DNA of 64,000 bases from Oscillospiraceae bacterium (GTDB lineage Bacteria; Bacillota; Clostridia; Oscillospirales; Oscillospiraceae): contig JAFZVM010000075.1 in NCBI GenBank assembly GCA_017617795.1, positions 3,727-67,726 on the forward strand. The letters run 5' to 3'. Positions 63,495 to 64,000 of this stretch are shown in pieces. Each line of letters begins with the position of its first letter. The first letter of the stretch is position 1. A program made the position numbers and the translations under genes. Under the pieces are notes generated by a model. It had not been told where the DNA came from, made no database searches, and saw only the letters and a list, made by a program, of their open reading frames with translations.

Positions 63495-64000
63495 TCAGCG
63501 GAGGGCTTCCAATTTCTTCAGGCTGACGCGCAGATTTTCCACCAGCGCCTTCAGCTTCTCTCCCCGCTCCCGCTCGGCGGCCACCACGTTCTCCGGCGCC
63601 TTGGCCAGGAAGGCCTCGTTTTTCAGCTTGACCTCCATGCGCTCCAGGTCGCTCTCCGCCTTCTTCAGATCCTTTTGGATCCTGGCCAGCTCCGCTTCCA
63701 CGTCCACCAGCTCCGCCAGCGGGATGAACATCCGGGCGTCCTCGGTGACGGCCACGGCCATGCCGTCCGCCTCCGCAGGGGGTTCGGCGGTGATCCGCAC
63801 CTCTCCGGCTCCGGCCAGCTTTTTCAGGAAGGGGACGCCGTCCCGGAAGCAGTCCTGCTTATCCGTCACCACCGTGATCCCCGGACGCTTGGAGGGGGGC
63901 ACGTTCTTCTCCGCCCGCAGGGCCCGGACAGCCTTGATGGCGGACATGATCCGCTCCATCTCCGCTTCCTCCGCATCGAAGCAGTGGGCGGGTTCGAATT
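63495..64000 (-). CDS. valS: Valine--tRNA ligase, C-terminal part (gene continues beyond the window)
   Basis: The frame is open to the window edge. The C-terminal coiled coil is VEAELARIQKDLKKAESDLERMEVKLKNEAFLAKAPENVV, typical of ValRS. Confidence 0.85.
   Translation of the reverse strand, partial: FEPAHCFDAEEAEMERIMSAIKAVRALRAEKNVPPSKRPGITVVTDKQDCFRDGVPFLKKLAGAGEVRITAEPPAEADGMAVAVTEDARMFIPLAELVDVEAELARIQKDLKKAESDLERMEVKLKNEAFLAKAPENVVAAERERGEKLKALVENLRVSLKKLEALR

Noticed and set aside
1-64000. Window-wide search for mobile elements, prophage genes, CRISPR arrays, retron/DGR-type reverse transcriptases, restriction-modification genes, toxin-antitoxin pairs and other defence islands.
   Set aside because: I recognised no transposase, integrase, recombinase, reverse transcriptase, Cas, methylase-nuclease pair or small TA-like gene pair. 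I saw no long inverted or direct repeats flanking any block. GC content looks uniform apart from promoter regions.

Overview
High-GC (roughly 60%) chromosome segment from a spore-forming Firmicute of the Clostridia type. The evidence for that is the spoIIAA-spoIIAB-sigF operon, a SipL-like coat protein and a GerM-domain lipoprotein. I call about 60 protein genes, one tRNA-Gln, one T-box leader, and several SigA-type promoters and rho-independent terminators.

Most of the window is core housekeeping in conserved Firmicute synteny. One block is dprA-topA-trmFO-plsX-rnc-(radical SAM)-smc-ftsY-rdgB-yhbY-nadD/yqeK-LCP-rsfS-leuS-rpsU. Others are pepP-efp, spoIIA-pcrA and the valS 3' end.

I found no transposase, integrase, phage gene, CRISPR array, recognisable defence gene or toxin-antitoxin pair. 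I cannot point to one clear-cut novel multi-gene system.

The best leads come from reading active-site motifs and domain architectures:
1. A MurT/GatD-like pair in which all three glutaminase-triad positions are substituted.
2. A PBP5/DacB-like protein with all three serine-peptidase motifs degenerate.
3. A BlaI/BlaR1-type signalling module whose M56 protease carries a ~940-aa non-PBP sensor with tandem modules, plus palindromic operators over its promoter.
4. A cytoplasmic ParB/Srx-like + BMP (nucleoside-binding fold) fusion.
5. An enoate-reductase-like flavoenzyme paired with an internally duplicated bicupin, with a third cupin paralog elsewhere in the window.
6. A bacterial MJ0619/Tes-type radical SAM enzyme.
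7. A Trp T-box controlling an orphan TrpB2.
8. A hyper-acidic poly-Cys zinc-ribbon protein co-transcribed with efp.

The many very long ORFs antisense to real genes (up to 1424 aa opposite smc/ftsY) are judged to be high-GC shadow ORFs. All homology statements come from motif recognition by eye, not from database searches.
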